50,816 nt of DNA from Basidiobolus ranarum (taxonomy: Eukaryota): assembly GCA_040143965.1 (NCBI GenBank), contig JASJQH010006892.1, positions 1 to 50,816 on the forward strand, read 5' to 3'. The notes under the pieces were generated by a model. It worked only from the letters and a program-made list of their open reading frames with translations, searched no databases and had not been told where the DNA came from. Within the stretch, counting starts at the first letter, position 1. Each line of letters starts with the position of its first letter. The position numbers were made by a program, and so were the translations under genes. Below, piece by piece: positions 24,793 through 38,041 of the stretch.

Positions 24793-26289
24793 CTATGCTC
24801 CTTCTATGAGATCATCCCAATGGGAATCTCCGCGATGATATTTCACCAAAAACCTTGGGTAGGTATTTCGAAACATTAGTTCTTTGACTTCGGTTATAGC
24901 TACGTTATACATATCAATCTCCCAAATATCCGCTTTCGCTACAAGTCGGATTTGACGAATGGTATCGTCAGTCAAATTTACCTGGAATTTAGAGTGTGGT
25001 GCAATGAAGGCTTCATAAATTTCTCTAAGATGCTCCTGAACCATCTCAGGCGAGGCAGAGTTAGTCATATTTAGAAGTCTTTCGCAAGCTTCATAGAATA
25101 GTACGCACTCTACTGTAAAATCTGCAACAGCAAACATTTTGAATTGATAAAGGAGATTCGAATTTTTGAGTAAAACCTCGAAAGAATCGCGAGTTCGATC
25201 CAGAATGATTGATTTTCCCATGACGATTGGGTGTCTTGACTTCTTCCCTTTTCGCAGATCAATTAAATAACTTTCAAACAATGGCGCCACGACTAGTAAA
25301 ATATAAATAATGACCATAGGAACCACCGTCCAGATTATGCCCGAGATATCAGGATCTATAGCATCTCGTAATTTGTCCCAAGAAACAAACACTAAGAGCA
25401 AAGTATCACCCAGGATATTGATGACGGTTGCACTAGCAAGCTCGCGTCGAATCCCATAAGCATCGTTAACATTACGCATAAGACATATCAAGAACGGGAT
25501 GACCACAACGCCGTAAAAGTAACAGAAAGCTCGACGTGGTATGTATTCAACTCCTGCATAGCAATCCGTCAAAGGGGTTGGGTTCTGATTCAACTTTGGA
25601 CTATAAAGGTGAACAACAGCACTTACAGCGCCATGAAACATTACCAGGATCAGTAGCCAGGTACTCATATAATTAGGTGTGGCGATGTACCGACGCTGGT
25701 AAAACCAGTCATTTTCTAAAATATTCTCGGGCTTTATCTGGCTTGCCAGACTTACATCTGCTGAATTTGTTTGCGTTAGACTTCGTAGCTCTACAGATTC
25801 ATGGCTCCTTCTTTTACTGAAAGAAAACGTGGCTGGCTTTTTAGTTATCATATTTGGTTGGGCTCCCATCTTCACCAAAGCATCTTCAAGTTTCGCCTCG
25901 CTGATACGATAGAAAAAGTACAATTTGATACATCTGCTGATTGTTGATAAATGTATCAAGGGATAAACGATTCCAGATACCCATACGACATACGCACATG
26001 AAATGGTTGTGGGGTTATTGACACGTATGATCACGAAAGTAACTATAACACAGATACCTAGAGCAGCTGCAAGTGTCATCCGAGGAGACCGATAGCGGAT
26101 ACATGGATACCTTCGCCTCCTCCAAATTAACGCGCAAATAAAGACTGTCTGTGCTATCCACAAAACTCCCAGAACATAAAGGAAAACTACATAAGCTTCC
26201 ATTTGAGTAGCTTCGACTATACTTCTTGCCTTCTTGGATATTCTTGGAGATGAATGATTGTTGTGTGATAGATGCGCCAACTCAATCAT
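24793..26289 (-). CDS. Seven-TM receptor fused to an RGS domain (GprK/AtRGS1-like)
   Basis: Seven hydrophobic helices, DAYGIRREL, then RGS motifs FKMFAVADFTVECVLFY, IYEAFIAPHSKFQVNL and LMFRNTYPRF. Confidence 0.9.
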   Translation of the reverse strand: MIELAHLSHNNHSSPRISKKARSIVEATQMEAYVVFLYVLGVLWIAQTVFICALIWRRRRYPCIRYRSPRMTLAAALGICVIVTFVIIRVNNPTTISCAYVVWVSGIVYPLIHLSTISRCIKLYFFYRISEAKLEDALVKMGAQPNMITKKPATFSFSKRRSHESVELRSLTQTNSADVSLASQIKPENILENDWFYQRRYIATPNYMSTWLLILVMFHGAVSAVVHLYSPKLNQNPTPLTDCYAGVEYIPRRAFCYFYGVVVIPFLICLMRNVNDAYGIRRELASATVINILGDTLLLVFVSWDKLRDAIDPDISGIIWTVVPMVIIYILLVVAPLFESYLIDLRKGKKSRHPIVMGKSIILDRTRDSFEVLLKNSNLLYQFKMFAVADFTVECVLFYEACERLLNMTNSASPEMVQEHLREIYEAFIAPHSKFQVNLTDDTIRQIRLVAKADIWEIDMYNVAITEVKELMFRNTYPRFLVKYHRGDSHWDDLIEGA

Positions 26290-27346
26290 TTTGGGGGAGA
26301 CTCAACATATATATATTTATCCGAATAGGTATTACAAAACCCATTTACGTTTGAATGTAAATTTGAGCCTCGGTGTGAACTTAGTGCTATAAGATAATAT
26401 CAAGATTCAGCCGGATGGCATTCTCGCACAATATCAAGTGATGGGGCGCAGAAAGGGTCACCGATGAGAAAGCGTCAATTCGTGTTAGTCACACCTTCAG
26501 AGTTATTGTTATACTAGAGCCGGGACTTTTCCGCACTATCACTATTTAGTCCAAAAAAGCGTACACTCTAAAGCAAACATGATTTTCTTTTAGAGACCTG
26601 AAGCATCCATGTGCTTGCAAAAAATGCCACTGATGTAGCTGCCCCGCATCTACATCTAGAATATATAAGTGGAATGATATATCCGTCTTGGCGTAACCAT
26701 TCATGTGTTTAACGTTAGTGGTAGTGTGCCTTTTAAAATGCCCAATGCCTTATATACATTAAAACTAATATTTTAAAATCTATTCAATTCAATAGCCACT
26801 TATAAATCGATGGCTGTGATCCGCTAGCTTCTATATTTCGTCGTTTGCACCCGATCAAAAAAACAAACAGTCGAACATAGAGCATGGTGGGTGGGAACTA
26901 ATCCCCATATTGTGGTAATCTTTTGGTTGGTTCTCAATCCCGAACACATTTAGTAATTCCCATGACTCATGTGTCCGTGCTATCGAAGGGCTAGGCCGAG
27001 AGAGGTGTTACAGAATGCATTTGTGTGGATACTAAACTAATACTTTGAGAACTTGACTCTATCATATTGCTTACCTAAGCTCTGATTTATCCACATTCCT
27101 TACTTAATGCAAGCTGAACCATTATTTAGTTCAAATATGGATCTTGAATTTTATGGATCTTAGAAATTAGCTATTGCTTATCATATTACCCCAAGATGGC
27201 TTTTGCTGAGGAAAATTTTTTATAGTTCGCCAAACTCAAAGTGGTTGAATTTTGAGCAACTGGGATTCAAAAAAAGTGACCTGTATTAGAGACAAAACTT
27301 GTTCACCTTCCAAAGTCATTATTTTTGGGTTTTCTCTCCACGCGCA

Positions 27347-27601
27347 ATGTTCGGTCGTTTAATAAATCTCACCCGTATTGCCGGTGTCATTCCAACCGCT
27401 ACCGCCTTAGTTAGACCCACTTTGGTCAGACCAACCGTAACCTTCCCCTCACTGGCTAATGGTTCTCTTACATTTTACCGTGGAATGAAGGTTCGTTCTT
27501 CTATCAAAAAGATGTGTGAAGGATGCTCAATAGTTCGTCGTCGTGGACGTCGTTATGTCATTTGTAACCGCGATCCTAAGCACAAGCAAAGACAAGGATA
27601 A
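27347..27601 (+). CDS. MRPL36: Mitochondrial ribosomal protein bL36m with presequence
   Basis: Basic presequence, then [36 protein letters not shown]. Confidence 0.95.
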   Translation: MFGRLINLTRIAGVIPTATALVRPTLVRPTVTFPSLANGSLTFYRGMKVRSSIKKMCEGCSIVRRRGRRYVICNRDPKHKQRQG

Positions 27602-28006
27602 TTTATACGCCATTAGTTTCTATTGTTCAAATACGCAACGAGCATAACCACTGGCTAAAACGTATAATCCTTTTCAGTATTATCTATCATTCATATTCAT
27701 CCATCTTCAGAAAATAAATTCTGCCTTGAAATCAGCAGGATTTTATTGTTCCAAAAATTATGTAGAACAGTCAGGAATGTACGTATGTATATATTTGAGG
27801 CACCCTACTGCTTGGCTTGTATCTCAAAGAACCGATAACTTTCATTTAATTCTACGAAAAGATATTGAATGATGGTTTAAACACATACTTAACTTTTAAT
27901 ATAACTAGCGAAATTTAACTCAACTTATTGGTTAATGCTCTTATTTAGACTTCTATGATGTATAGCTATATAACGAGCTTCCACAAGCCACCGATACCTA
28001 TACAAT

Positions 28007-28515
28007 ATGTCAAAGACACTAGCTATTCTCTTTGTGTTTATCCTTTTGGCTACTTTCACCTTCGCAACATTTGACTCTAACAAAGAACATCATAACTACG
28101 GAGGTACCGAGAAGGATATCAATGCGTAAATATGTTTCATTTTTCTCAAAGAAGAGTTTTTTTAATAGCGGTTGGTTCAATATTCGAGACATCTCAAGGA
28201 ACACTTAGATGAGGAGATGTTTCAGCAAATGAAACCGGAAGATCAACACTATTATTACTTCACTTTACATGACTTGGATGGAGATGAACATTTGGATGGT
28301 CATGAAATTCGACACTCTCTGACTGACGTAAAAGTACCAAACTCCATTCCATTAACTTTAGCTGAACTCGAGACTATTGTAGAGCATGTTCTAGCCGAAG
28401 ATGATACTGACGGGGAGTAAGTAGGAATACATATCTTTCTATTGAACCCGAAATTAACCTTTCTCTTAGTGGGAAAATATCATGGGAAGAATATTTGGCT
28501 CGACAAATCGATTAA
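28007..28515 (+). CDS. Secreted/ER EF-hand protein, MCFD2-like
   Basis: Signal peptide, HLKEHL, YYFTLHDLDGDEHLDGHE, VLAEDDTDGDGKISWEEY. Two introns. Confidence 0.85.
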
Positions 28516-28949
28516 GATCTACCCAAGGACCTTTTTCAATCTCAATTTACACGAAAAATACTCCATGAAATAATGTATGAAGAATTGAATACAGTAGATT
28601 TATCATATTCAAAAATGAATTCAGTATTGACTATGAAAGATGGCATATATCTCAATGATTATTTGTCGCAAAGAACATCTCAACAAACGATTTACTGACA
28701 TAATTCTCACATCAATTTATCATTTTATCCAATATAAACGATAGTTCAAGGGTGACTAGATGTGTTTCGACACTACCATGATTGTGTAGAGAAAAAAAAA
28801 ATTCAGTATAAAAAGAAATTTTGCTGATTTTTATTGCCCGGGTACAAACTGAGCGGGGGATACTACAAAATTTTCACGGTCGTTTGGGTATCTATTTATC
28901 CTACAAACATTGGTGTCTCTCCCCCTTTCTCCTTACTAATCTCACAATC

Positions 28950-29690
28950 ATGTCAGTTGCTTCTAAGAACCCATTCGAGCTCTTGATGGACGACGCTCCT
29001 GCCGTCGCCGCCCCTAAGGCCGCTAAGAAGGCTGCTGAACCTGCCAAGAAGGTTGAGACCCCTAAGGTCGAGCAAAAATCCCAGAATGAGAAGCGTGGTG
29101 GTGCCCGTGGTGCTCGCGGTGCCCGTCGTGGTTTCGCTGGCCGTGGTCGTGAATTCGACCGTAAGTCAGCCACTGGTAAGGTTGACTCCGAGAAGAAGGT
29201 TCACCAATCTTGGGGTGATGCCAAGACTGACATCAAGGATGGTGAGAAGATTGTCAGCGGTGAAGCTAAGGAAGGTGACAAGACTGAGGAAGAGAAGGTT
29301 GAAACCCCTGTCGAGGAAGATAACTCCAAGACTCTCGAGGAGTACTACGCCGAGAAGGCCCAAAAGCTCGCTGCCATCGGTGTTGCTCTTCCTGAGGCCC
29401 GTTCTGCCAACGAGGGTGTCGATGATTCCCAATGGAAGGATGGTGTTGCCCTCGCCAAGAGCGATGAGGAATACTTCGTTGCCCTCAACAAGAGCAAGAG
29501 CAAGGGTAAGAAGGAGAAGAAGCAAGACAAGGTTGCTGTCAACATCCAACAACGTTTCAATGAAGCCCCCAAGCGTGGTGGATTCGAAGGTCGTGGACGT
29601 GGTGGACGTGGAGCCCGCGGTGGTCGCAGTGCCCCCAAGACTAACAATGTCAATGTTAACGATGAATCTGCTTTCCCTTCCCTTGCCTAA
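28950..29690 (+). CDS. STM1: Stm1/SERBP1 (HABP4_PAI-RBP1) ribosome-binding protein
   Basis: MSVASKNPFELL, RGG boxes, REFDRKSATG, SWG, KTLEEY, C-terminal AFPSL. Strong codon bias. Confidence 0.92.
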   Translation: MSVASKNPFELLMDDAPAVAAPKAAKKAAEPAKKVETPKVEQKSQNEKRGGARGARGARRGFAGRGREFDRKSATGKVDSEKKVHQSWGDAKTDIKDGEKIVSGEAKEGDKTEEEKVETPVEEDNSKTLEEYYAEKAQKLAAIGVALPEARSANEGVDDSQWKDGVALAKSDEEYFVALNKSKSKGKKEKKQDKVAVNIQQRFNEAPKRGGFEGRGRGGRGARGGRSAPKTNNVNVNDESAFPSLA

Positions 29691-29989
29691 ATTAAGACTA
29701 CATGATAACTTTCTTTTAGATTTTTTCAGTTGTTTATCCATGTTTGATTGATGCATCCTTAGATATATAAATAAAAAATCCACGAACATACTCAATTTGT
29801 ACATAGACAATTCTTTACAATAACAATTCACAGGTATGCTTTATGTTAGATGTGTATTTTTAAAGTTATTAAAATGATCTGGCGTTTTGAGTGTAATGCA
29901 GAGAAAAACATGTAAAAGGAAACATATGCGTAATGTGATAAAATATTTATTGTATTGCAAGCAAAATCTCGAAATGAAATTATGACAAT

Positions 29990-30812
29990 TTAATAACCAT
30001 AAGCGGCCATGGACTCGTTGATAGTCTTCAATTCCTCGCTCTTGGCAGAGGCAGCCTTGGATTTCAAGTTGAGAATAGCCTTCTTGCGTTCGTAGTAAGC
30101 CTTGGACTTGACCTTGCGCTTTTCCTCGAGCTTCTTGACAACATCCTCGTACTTCCATCCGACTTCGGAACTCAAACGGCTAACGGTGGTATATTTACGA
30201 CCGGGCTTGAGACGAAGAACACGAAGAGCAGCGGGTACGACCATACGCTTCATGGTATCATATGGAGGAGGAACACCTTCGAAGAGCTTAAGACGCTCCA
30301 TGGCAGCGGTACCGCGAGCAGTCTTATGGGGAATCATACCACGGATGGTACGCCAGAGGATGCGAGAAGGAGCACGGAAATGGTAAGGACCCTTGGAGGG
30401 GTTAACGAGGCAACGCTTGCGAAGGAAAGCGTGGTACTTTACTAAATACTGCCGTGTGAGATAATGGTGAAAATGAAACAGTCTATAAATGAAATATTAT
30501 GTACTCTTGTTACGGAAGAAAGAGCCGGTAACGTTCAACTCTTCGCAACGAACAACAACGATCTTTTGACCGGTGAGGACTTGCTTGGAAATGATGGAGG
30601 CAAGACGACCAAGAAGATGGCCTCTAGCGTCGATAACAATCACCTAAAATATATCGGAATTGTTGAGTTGACGTATTCTTATAATAAATTAGCATGTACA
30701 ATAAAGCTTGTCGAAGTGATAATAGCTAGCCCATCTGATGGCTGTATAGTTATTTTAAAGCGATAGTGAAGAATTCTAAGTAAAATCTACACACCTTTTC
30801 GAAAGTGCTCAT
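29990..30812 (-). CDS. RPL16: 60S ribosomal protein L16 (uL13)
   Basis: Exons 30812-30795, 30643-30505 and 30441-29990: [33 protein letters not shown]. Confidence 0.97.
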
Positions 30813-31127
30813 AGTGATTATGAATATAGGGTAACTGCCGTTTATCGACCCGACAAGTGAAGAAAGAGGAAGAAAAAGAAAGTAGTCCAAAAAAAGATTT
30901 TATACCCCCTTATTGAAAATCAATCAGACTAATTTGCTCCGATTCGTCCTATCAAAAAGAAAAAAAATACTACTACAAAACGAATTTGGGGAAGTTGGGT
31001 TTATTATGTAGTAGTTTCCTGCAGTTAAACTCAAGTGGACAATAATAGATTAACTTTATCAATAAGAAATTATAATCCGAGAAAGTTGGCTTGACTGAGA
31101 AAGTAGAAAAAATTAACAGAGTCCATT

Positions 31128-31137
31128 ATCACGTGAT
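31128..31137. promoter_or_regulatory. E-box palindrome ATCACGTGAT in the RPL16/RPL30 divergent promoter
   Basis: Matches the RTCACGTG Cbf1/bHLH consensus and lies between the two start codons. Confidence 0.45.
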
Positions 31138-31418
31138 CTACTAGATCTTCAGCTTTTTTTCCTTCAAACAGCCCCTGAACCAATCGAAATCGGTTTAGTA
31201 GATACTTCGAAGAGGCAAAAAAGGCGAACACTCGTAAGATTCCTCCTTCTCTTTTCCTCTTGGTCACCTTTTGTCGGTAAGCCACATTTTCTAGATACTA
31301 TTGAAACGTAGTGTAGATATACAAGATTGAATCTATCTGCCATTCAATCGCATTCATCTATTAGTATCGCATATTAAAGAAGATTCATATATTCCTTTAG
31401 AGAAAGCTATATCACGAA

Positions 31419-31754
31419 ATGGCCCCTATCAAGAAATCCAAGAAATCTGTTGAATCCATCAACTCTCGTTTGGCTTTGGTCATGAAGAGTGGTAAGTCCA
31501 CTCTCGGCTACAAGTCTACCTTGAAGGCCATCCGTAACGGCAAGGCTAAGCTTATCATTCTTTCTGGTAATTGCCCTCCCTTGAGAAAATCCGAGATTGA
31601 GTACTATGCCATGCTCTCCAAGACTGGTGTTCATCACTACAATGGAAACAACATTGAACTTGGTACTGCTTGCGGTAAATATTTCCGTGTCGGTGTTCTT
31701 TCCATCACTGATGCCGGTGACTCCGATATTCTTAAGACTCAAGAACAACAATAG
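31419..31754 (+). CDS. RPL30: 60S ribosomal protein L30 (eL30)
   Basis: [38 protein letters not shown]. Probable 5'UTR intron upstream. Confidence 0.97.
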   Translation: MAPIKKSKKSVESINSRLALVMKSGKSTLGYKSTLKAIRNGKAKLIILSGNCPPLRKSEIEYYAMLSKTGVHHYNGNNIELGTACGKYFRVGVLSITDAGDSDILKTQEQQ

Positions 31755-32233
31755 ATTTTTTCTAGAGAAAATCTATTTGGATTGTTCAAGTTCCTTGAAA
31801 GCTTGATGGAAGTTGGACTCTAAAAATAAACTATAAATATATTTATATTTGACATACTTTAGCGCTCGTTTTCTTGGTGATCATTCCTGAATGAACCATT
31901 CGGATGATTTAGTTCTTTTGGGTTTCATGTTGATGCAAATTGAATACATGTTCTGTGCTGTATCAAGCTCTTGATGTGAATATGTCATTACATACTGATA
32001 CATCTTGGATTACATCAGCTGAGTGATAAGTGTATGCCCGTTTTGATGAACAGATCATCTGAATATCTCCAAAGTCATCGAATGATCTGTACTTGTTCAA
32101 TTTGATTAAGCATATGAGATAGAAGATAAAAAAGCTCTAGTGAGTCAACTCATTGAGTTTAATAAATATGTCATTGCACAGCTTATCTCATATAAAGATG
32201 AAGGTTGAGGTTGGTGTTCGATGAGAATAAACG

Positions 32234-33356
32234 ATGGTATACAGTTCTATAAGAGATCTAGGACTTGCTTTCTTTACAGTCAGCTTGGGTGTGCTACAAA
32301 TCCCTATTATGTTCGCTTTGACCTTTATCGACATACTACGAAAGGCAACCTCTAAAAAAATCCGACCACGACAAATCGTTATCACAGGCGGAAGGTTAGA
32401 GCATTTAGTAACTCTTGCTATTGTATATATTTTCTGATATTACTGTTCAGCTCTGGAATCGGTGAAGCTTTAGCTCTGGAGTATGCACGGCCTGGTGTGA
32501 TACTTCATTTAATTGCACGCTCTCGATCGAGATTGGAGATGACTGAGGTAAAATGTAAACAATTGGGCTGCAGTGTTTATTTATACTCGGTAGATGTAAC
32601 CAACAGCGATGTTTTACGGAAAACATTGCTTGATATATATGAAGACAGACCAATAGACTTGTTGATTGCGAGCGCAGGGCAGGCGGGTGACTTTGTAGAC
32701 ACGCAGAAGAATGATAGCTTAACACCAACCTCTTGGGAGACCATGTATGATCGAATGTTCGATGTCAATGTTATTGGTGTTATGAATACAGTGATGCCAA
32801 TCTTCAACAAAATGAAAAGCTCGGGATATGGTGGTCAGATTGCCAGTATGTCACTACCTGCTATCCTACGCAATGTTATCAAATCTCATATATTTTGATA
32901 AAAGTTATAGGCTCTGTTGCCGGATATCTAGGCCCTCCAAACATGATTTACTATAATGCGAGTAAGGTGAGAGATCTCCCCCTTTTTATGCTTCAATAGC
33001 TAGAATCTTACAGACCTTCAATCACCCAGGCAGCGGTGAATTCCTTTGCCAGGGATTTACGACATCTAGGGCAGGAGAACGGAGTCTATGTTAGTTTGGT
33101 CGTGCCTGGACTTATTAAATCACGATTAACATTACAGTTGGATGCTCCGTATCCACAGACATACCCTTTCTTTGGAAGCCCTCAAATTCTAGCCCAAGAA
33201 ATCAAGTCTGGCCTATCAAGGAATGATTCTATCATTAGTTATCCTGATTATCAATACTTTGGTGTTTATGGAGTCAGTACCTTGGTGCCAACCGTTAAGC
33301 AATGGATCACTTGGTTTGTTGGTTTAACTGGGCCTATGGGGACAAAGATGAGCTAA
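32234..33356 (+). CDS. Short-chain dehydrogenase/reductase with N-terminal membrane anchor
   Basis: Spliced VITGGSSGIG, IDLLIASAG, DVNVIG, catalytic YNASK, VPGLIKS. Three introns. Confidence 0.9.
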
Positions 33357-33788
33357 ATTCAGTAACTACAGTATCCTTCAAACATGGCTATATTATAATG
33401 ATGATTGATTAAATGTTTTAAACCCTCGGCCCGACCGAATCATCAGTTATATCCAAATATCGTGGTTGATTCCGGCATTTCGGTATCATTTAGGTATCGT
33501 AGTATCTTGTTGCTTACTATCATCTAAATTATGATTGGTGGTCCCGAGCATTACTCGAAGTTGAACTAATTAGAATAAAAGAGAAACTGGTATATGGTTG
33601 ATTCGAGAAAAGGACAAGAACTTAAAAGCCCAGGTGAAAATGCAAGATAATTCATTTCTATTGGTGATCTGGGAGTCAGTGTATATATATATAGAGAAAT
33701 ATAATGAAATATAATTAAAACCAAAAAATTTGATGCGAGTTAAATAGGTTTTGTCCATAGTTTATCACAACTTTCACAAACTATAATA

Positions 33789-35805
33789 ATGCCACCCAAC
33801 GTTACTCAGGAGGCGTGTCTTCAACTCGAAAGTCATCGAAAGAGAGTTGCCGTCATCGGCTCAGGTGAGACTTATTACTATTACTATTGAAGTGAATATT
33901 ATCTCAAGTTTGTACTTTTAGGACTTGCCGGTCTGACAACTGCCCATTTATTGAGTTTAAATGAAGAGTTTGAAGTGCATGTACTTGAAAAAGGCTCTGA
34001 ATTCGGTGCGGATGCTGCTTCTATAACCTTACCTATCAAAGGGGGAGAAGAAATGACTAGAGTTGACGTTCCTGCTCGGGCTTTTTCTCGTGATTACTGT
34101 AAGCCAGCCACTGCTAAATATATGTATAAAGGTTTCTTAACTGACTAATACTCATCTTGTTCACAGATCCAAGTTTGACTGCTATGTATGAGCACCTTAA
34201 CATATTCTTTCAGCCGGCTGATTATTCGTTATCTTTCAGTGAATTTGATGAAAAAGTAGGAAAGCCCAGGGAACCTATATTCTCATACCGAAACATCAAA
34301 CATAAAGGGTATCACATTCCTTTCCCTGATGCATTTGAAAAGAAGTGTAGTGATGTGGCCGAGAGGACTCAAATTTTGGCTGAATGGACACGCTTCTCTA
34401 TGTTTGCCAATGAGGCGGCACGTACAAATAGCTTACTGAAATTTCCAGGATCCATTGGGTCATTTCTTAAATTGCATAACTACTCGGAGATTTTTCAACA
34501 TACCATCTTCATTCCATTCCTATCTTCTATATGTACTTGCTCTTACGAGACAGTAGCCAATATGCCAGCCAGTGATGTTCTTGATTTCTTTGCCACTGGG
34601 ATTCTGTTCGAACCTGTGCTCAAGGTTAGAGCTGGTATCCGTGAAGTATGCAAACGATTAAGCGAGAATGTGGCCTGCATTCGGTTCAACTGCTCTGTCA
34701 AGTCAGTATACACCGATGAAGAGAGAGACGAGTCCAATTCACCAAGCCTGGTGGTGCAGACGGATGGAGGGGAGAAGCTGATATTTGATCATGTAAGGCA
34801 AATACTGTTCTTTTATTGTATGATAATGGTATTGACTCTTTTTTTAACTAGGTCATCATGGCTACACAAGGAATCAACGCTCATAAGATATTTCTTGAAA
34901 GACCTACTTCGCCACCAAGTGCTCAACTTGGTGCCACTGTAGATTTCAAATACGAGTACACATTAGTTGTCACACATAAAGACCCACGATTGATGCCCGA
35001 AAAAAAAGAAGACTGGAGAGGGATCAATCTGTTTAAAGCCACAAACTGTCCTCATCAAGAGGCTCCCAAAAAGCATGATTCTGAACGGAATATTGGCTTT
35101 TCCAATCAGGTTATGTCTACTATTTGGATCAATCGTGCTGAGGATAAACAGTTCGAAGATGAGATATTCCAGGTACAATATTATTGCACAGTTATGTAGC
35201 CTTCATTAGCAGAGTTGTATTAACCGAGATGCCTTTTTCAGACTGTCAATCCCTTGATTGAACCTGACCCAACTACTGTAATTGATAGAACCTGGTTTCA
35301 TCGGTCAGTGTTGAGCCCTGCTTCTCATCATGCCATTGACCAACTTCATCAGATCCAAGGACGCAACAACATCTGGTTTGTAGGTGCTTATGTATACCCA
35401 GGAATTCCCCTTCTTGAGGGTTGTGTTCAATCCTCAATGGAAGTTTGCGAGGCGTTAGGAGTGGCTGCTCCTTGGGTTATTCGTTCACATAAATTCAGCG
35501 ATTCTAACAATAAGCGTGTTCACGGCTTACGTGATGGATTAACACGCCAAGGTTACGTTGATCATTACTTCAACAGACCGAAAGACACGGGTCATACTTG
35601 GAGTATTAAGAATTTTGTTTTAAGCTGTATGAATTCGATGTTTGCTTTCGTTATGTGGTCACTGGAGAATCCCACCATTCGAAGCGAAAGATTGGCCAAT
35701 ATCTTTATCAGTATTTGGTACTTCTTGATATTGATTGTAACCAAGATCATTCGCTTCTTTGTTGCCATGTCGCAGACTGCGAAGAAAACCGAGAAACTGA
35801 GTTAA
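33789..35805 (+). CDS. FAD/NAD-binding oxidoreductase, COG2907-like
   Basis: RVAVIGSGLAGLTTAHLL..VLEK, VDVPARAF..YYP, FDHVIMATQ, IQGRNNIWFVGAY..GIPLLEGCVQS; hydrophobic C-terminal tail. Confidence 0.85.
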
Positions 35806-36290
35806 ATGCAGCAAATGTTGGCTCAATATATACCATTAGCTCATTAGATATCTTTGTTATCAATATGTAATTTAACATTGTTGCTTTTATCTCATCCATC
35901 TGTTTCTTATTTGGACATTGCACTTATACCTGCCATGACTTGATTCTCACTGACCTGGTATCGTTTAATTTTGGTCCTTTTTGCGCGCATATTTGACAGC
36001 TCTAATTATTAAATAAACCTATCTATAATCCAATTTCATCACCCTAACCCTAAGCTATCTGCTTTAATCCCGCGTCTGTTTAAGATACTTAATTGGGGGA
36101 TTTTTTTCGAAGTAATTTGAATAATGATGACGAAATCGAGCTGATTGACGGTTAAGTAGTTGAATCGAGTCAATTCTTTTATGGAGATAGGATACAGATA
36201 TTTGCTTCGTGCCCAAATTAAAGAACTGTTTTCCTACACGAACTCTTTCCACATACACTATTTGAATAATTTATTTTTGCTTCAGTCAAG

Positions 36291-38041
36291 ATGTCACATT
36301 TGCCCGCTGTAGTTATCGATAATGGTACTGGGTAAGTTTTTGAAAAGCTTTCTACGCTTCGAATACCAAACTTTTATTCCCGTTTCTTTATCATCAACTT
36401 TATCTCCAAGTACAATAATGACTGAATGTTTACTAGGTATACGAAGATGGGATTTTCTGGTAATACCCAGCCCTCTTATGTTATTCCAACCGCCATCGCT
36501 ACTCGAGATGGTATCTCTAAAAAGTCCACCAACATCGCCTCAAAGCGTGGCATAGAAGATCTCGACTTTTTTATTGGAGATGAAGCCATAGCAAATTCCA
36601 AAACCTATGGTGTGAACTATCCCATCCGTCATGGACAAGTAGAGAACTGGGATCATATGGAAAGATATTGGGAACAAAGCATCTTCAAATACCTTCGTTG
36701 CCAGCCAGAAGACCACTACTTCCTTTTGGTAAATCTCTAACTTTGTTTTGGTTTTTTAGATACTGTACATATTTGACTTACTTATTTTTTTTGTCAATTA
36801 TAGACCGAACCTCCTCTTAATCCTCCCGAGAATCGTGAACAAACTGCTGAAATCATGTTCGAGTCATTCAACTGTCAAGGTCTTTACATTGCAGTACAGG
36901 CAGTACTCGCTTTGGCTGCCAGTTGGACTTCCGGAAAATCCTCCGAGAAGAGCTTAACTGGTACTGTTATTGACAGTGGTGATGGTGTTACCCACGTAAT
37001 CCCTGTGGTAAGTTAGTCTTAGCCTTTATTGACTTCTAATTGACAATTTTTGACACTTTTTTTCCTAAATTCAAGGCTGAAGGCTATGTTATTGGCACTT
37101 CAATTAAAAATATTCCAATTGCTGGTCGTGATCTTACTGCATTTGTTCAACAATTATTACGTGAACATAATGAAACCCAAATTCCTCCCGAAGATTCTCT
37201 AGAAATCGCCAAACGTATTAAAGAAGAGTATGCCTACGTTTGCCCGGATATTGTCAAGGAATTCCAAAGATACGATCAAGAGGGAGAGAAGTATTTCAAA
37301 TCGTTTGACGCTGTACATAGCGTTACACAAAAGGTAATTGTGGGTATTTGACCATCTTGATTAACCCGTTATTAATGTGCAATGTTCCTCAGTCCTATAA
37401 AGTGGATGTCGGTTATGAGAGATTCCTGGCACCAGAGGTCTTCTTCAACCCTGAAATAATCAGCTCTGACTTCTTGACTCCCTTACCTGAAGTTGTCGAT
37501 AATGTCATCCAGACTAGTCCCATTGATACTCGTCGTGGCCTATACAAGGTATTGATAAGATGCATTGTTAGTATTGTTGTTGTTTACTTTACTGACATCA
37601 TTCAAATGATTTTAGAACATTGTTCTCTCTGGTGGATCTACAATGTTCAAGGATTTCGGAAAGCGTCTTCAACGTGATATCAAGAGAATTGTAGACGGTC
37701 GTGTTAAGCGAAGTGAAGAGCTCAGCGGTGGACACCTTAAGGTTTATACAGTTTATTTATTGACTTCTAATGAGATAGGCAATTATTGATATGATTTCTT
37801 GAAGGCTGTACCACTTGATGTTAACGTAATCGCTCACAAGAAGCAAAGATATGCCGTTTGGTTTGGCGGTAGTTTAATGGCCACCACTGTAAGTGAAATA
37901 GAATAATCTAGACCATCTCGATCCATTATTAATGAGTAATTTTAGGAACAATTCTATACATTCAGTCATACCAAGGCAGAATATGAGGAATATGGACCTT
38001 CTATTTGTAGACATAATCGTGTTTTCAATTCCATTGCTTAG
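36291..38041 (+). CDS. ARP3: Actin-related protein 3 (Arp2/3 complex)
   Basis: [72 protein letters not shown]. Seven introns. Confidence 0.98.

Noticed and set aside
28901-30386. Long overlapping and antisense ORFs on STM1 and RPL16
   Set aside because: Expected by-product of strong codon bias; the products have no recognisable features.
36042-36053. Telomere-like CCCTAACCCTAA upstream of ARP3
   Set aside because: Only two units; may be a Tbf1-type site but cannot be separated from chance.
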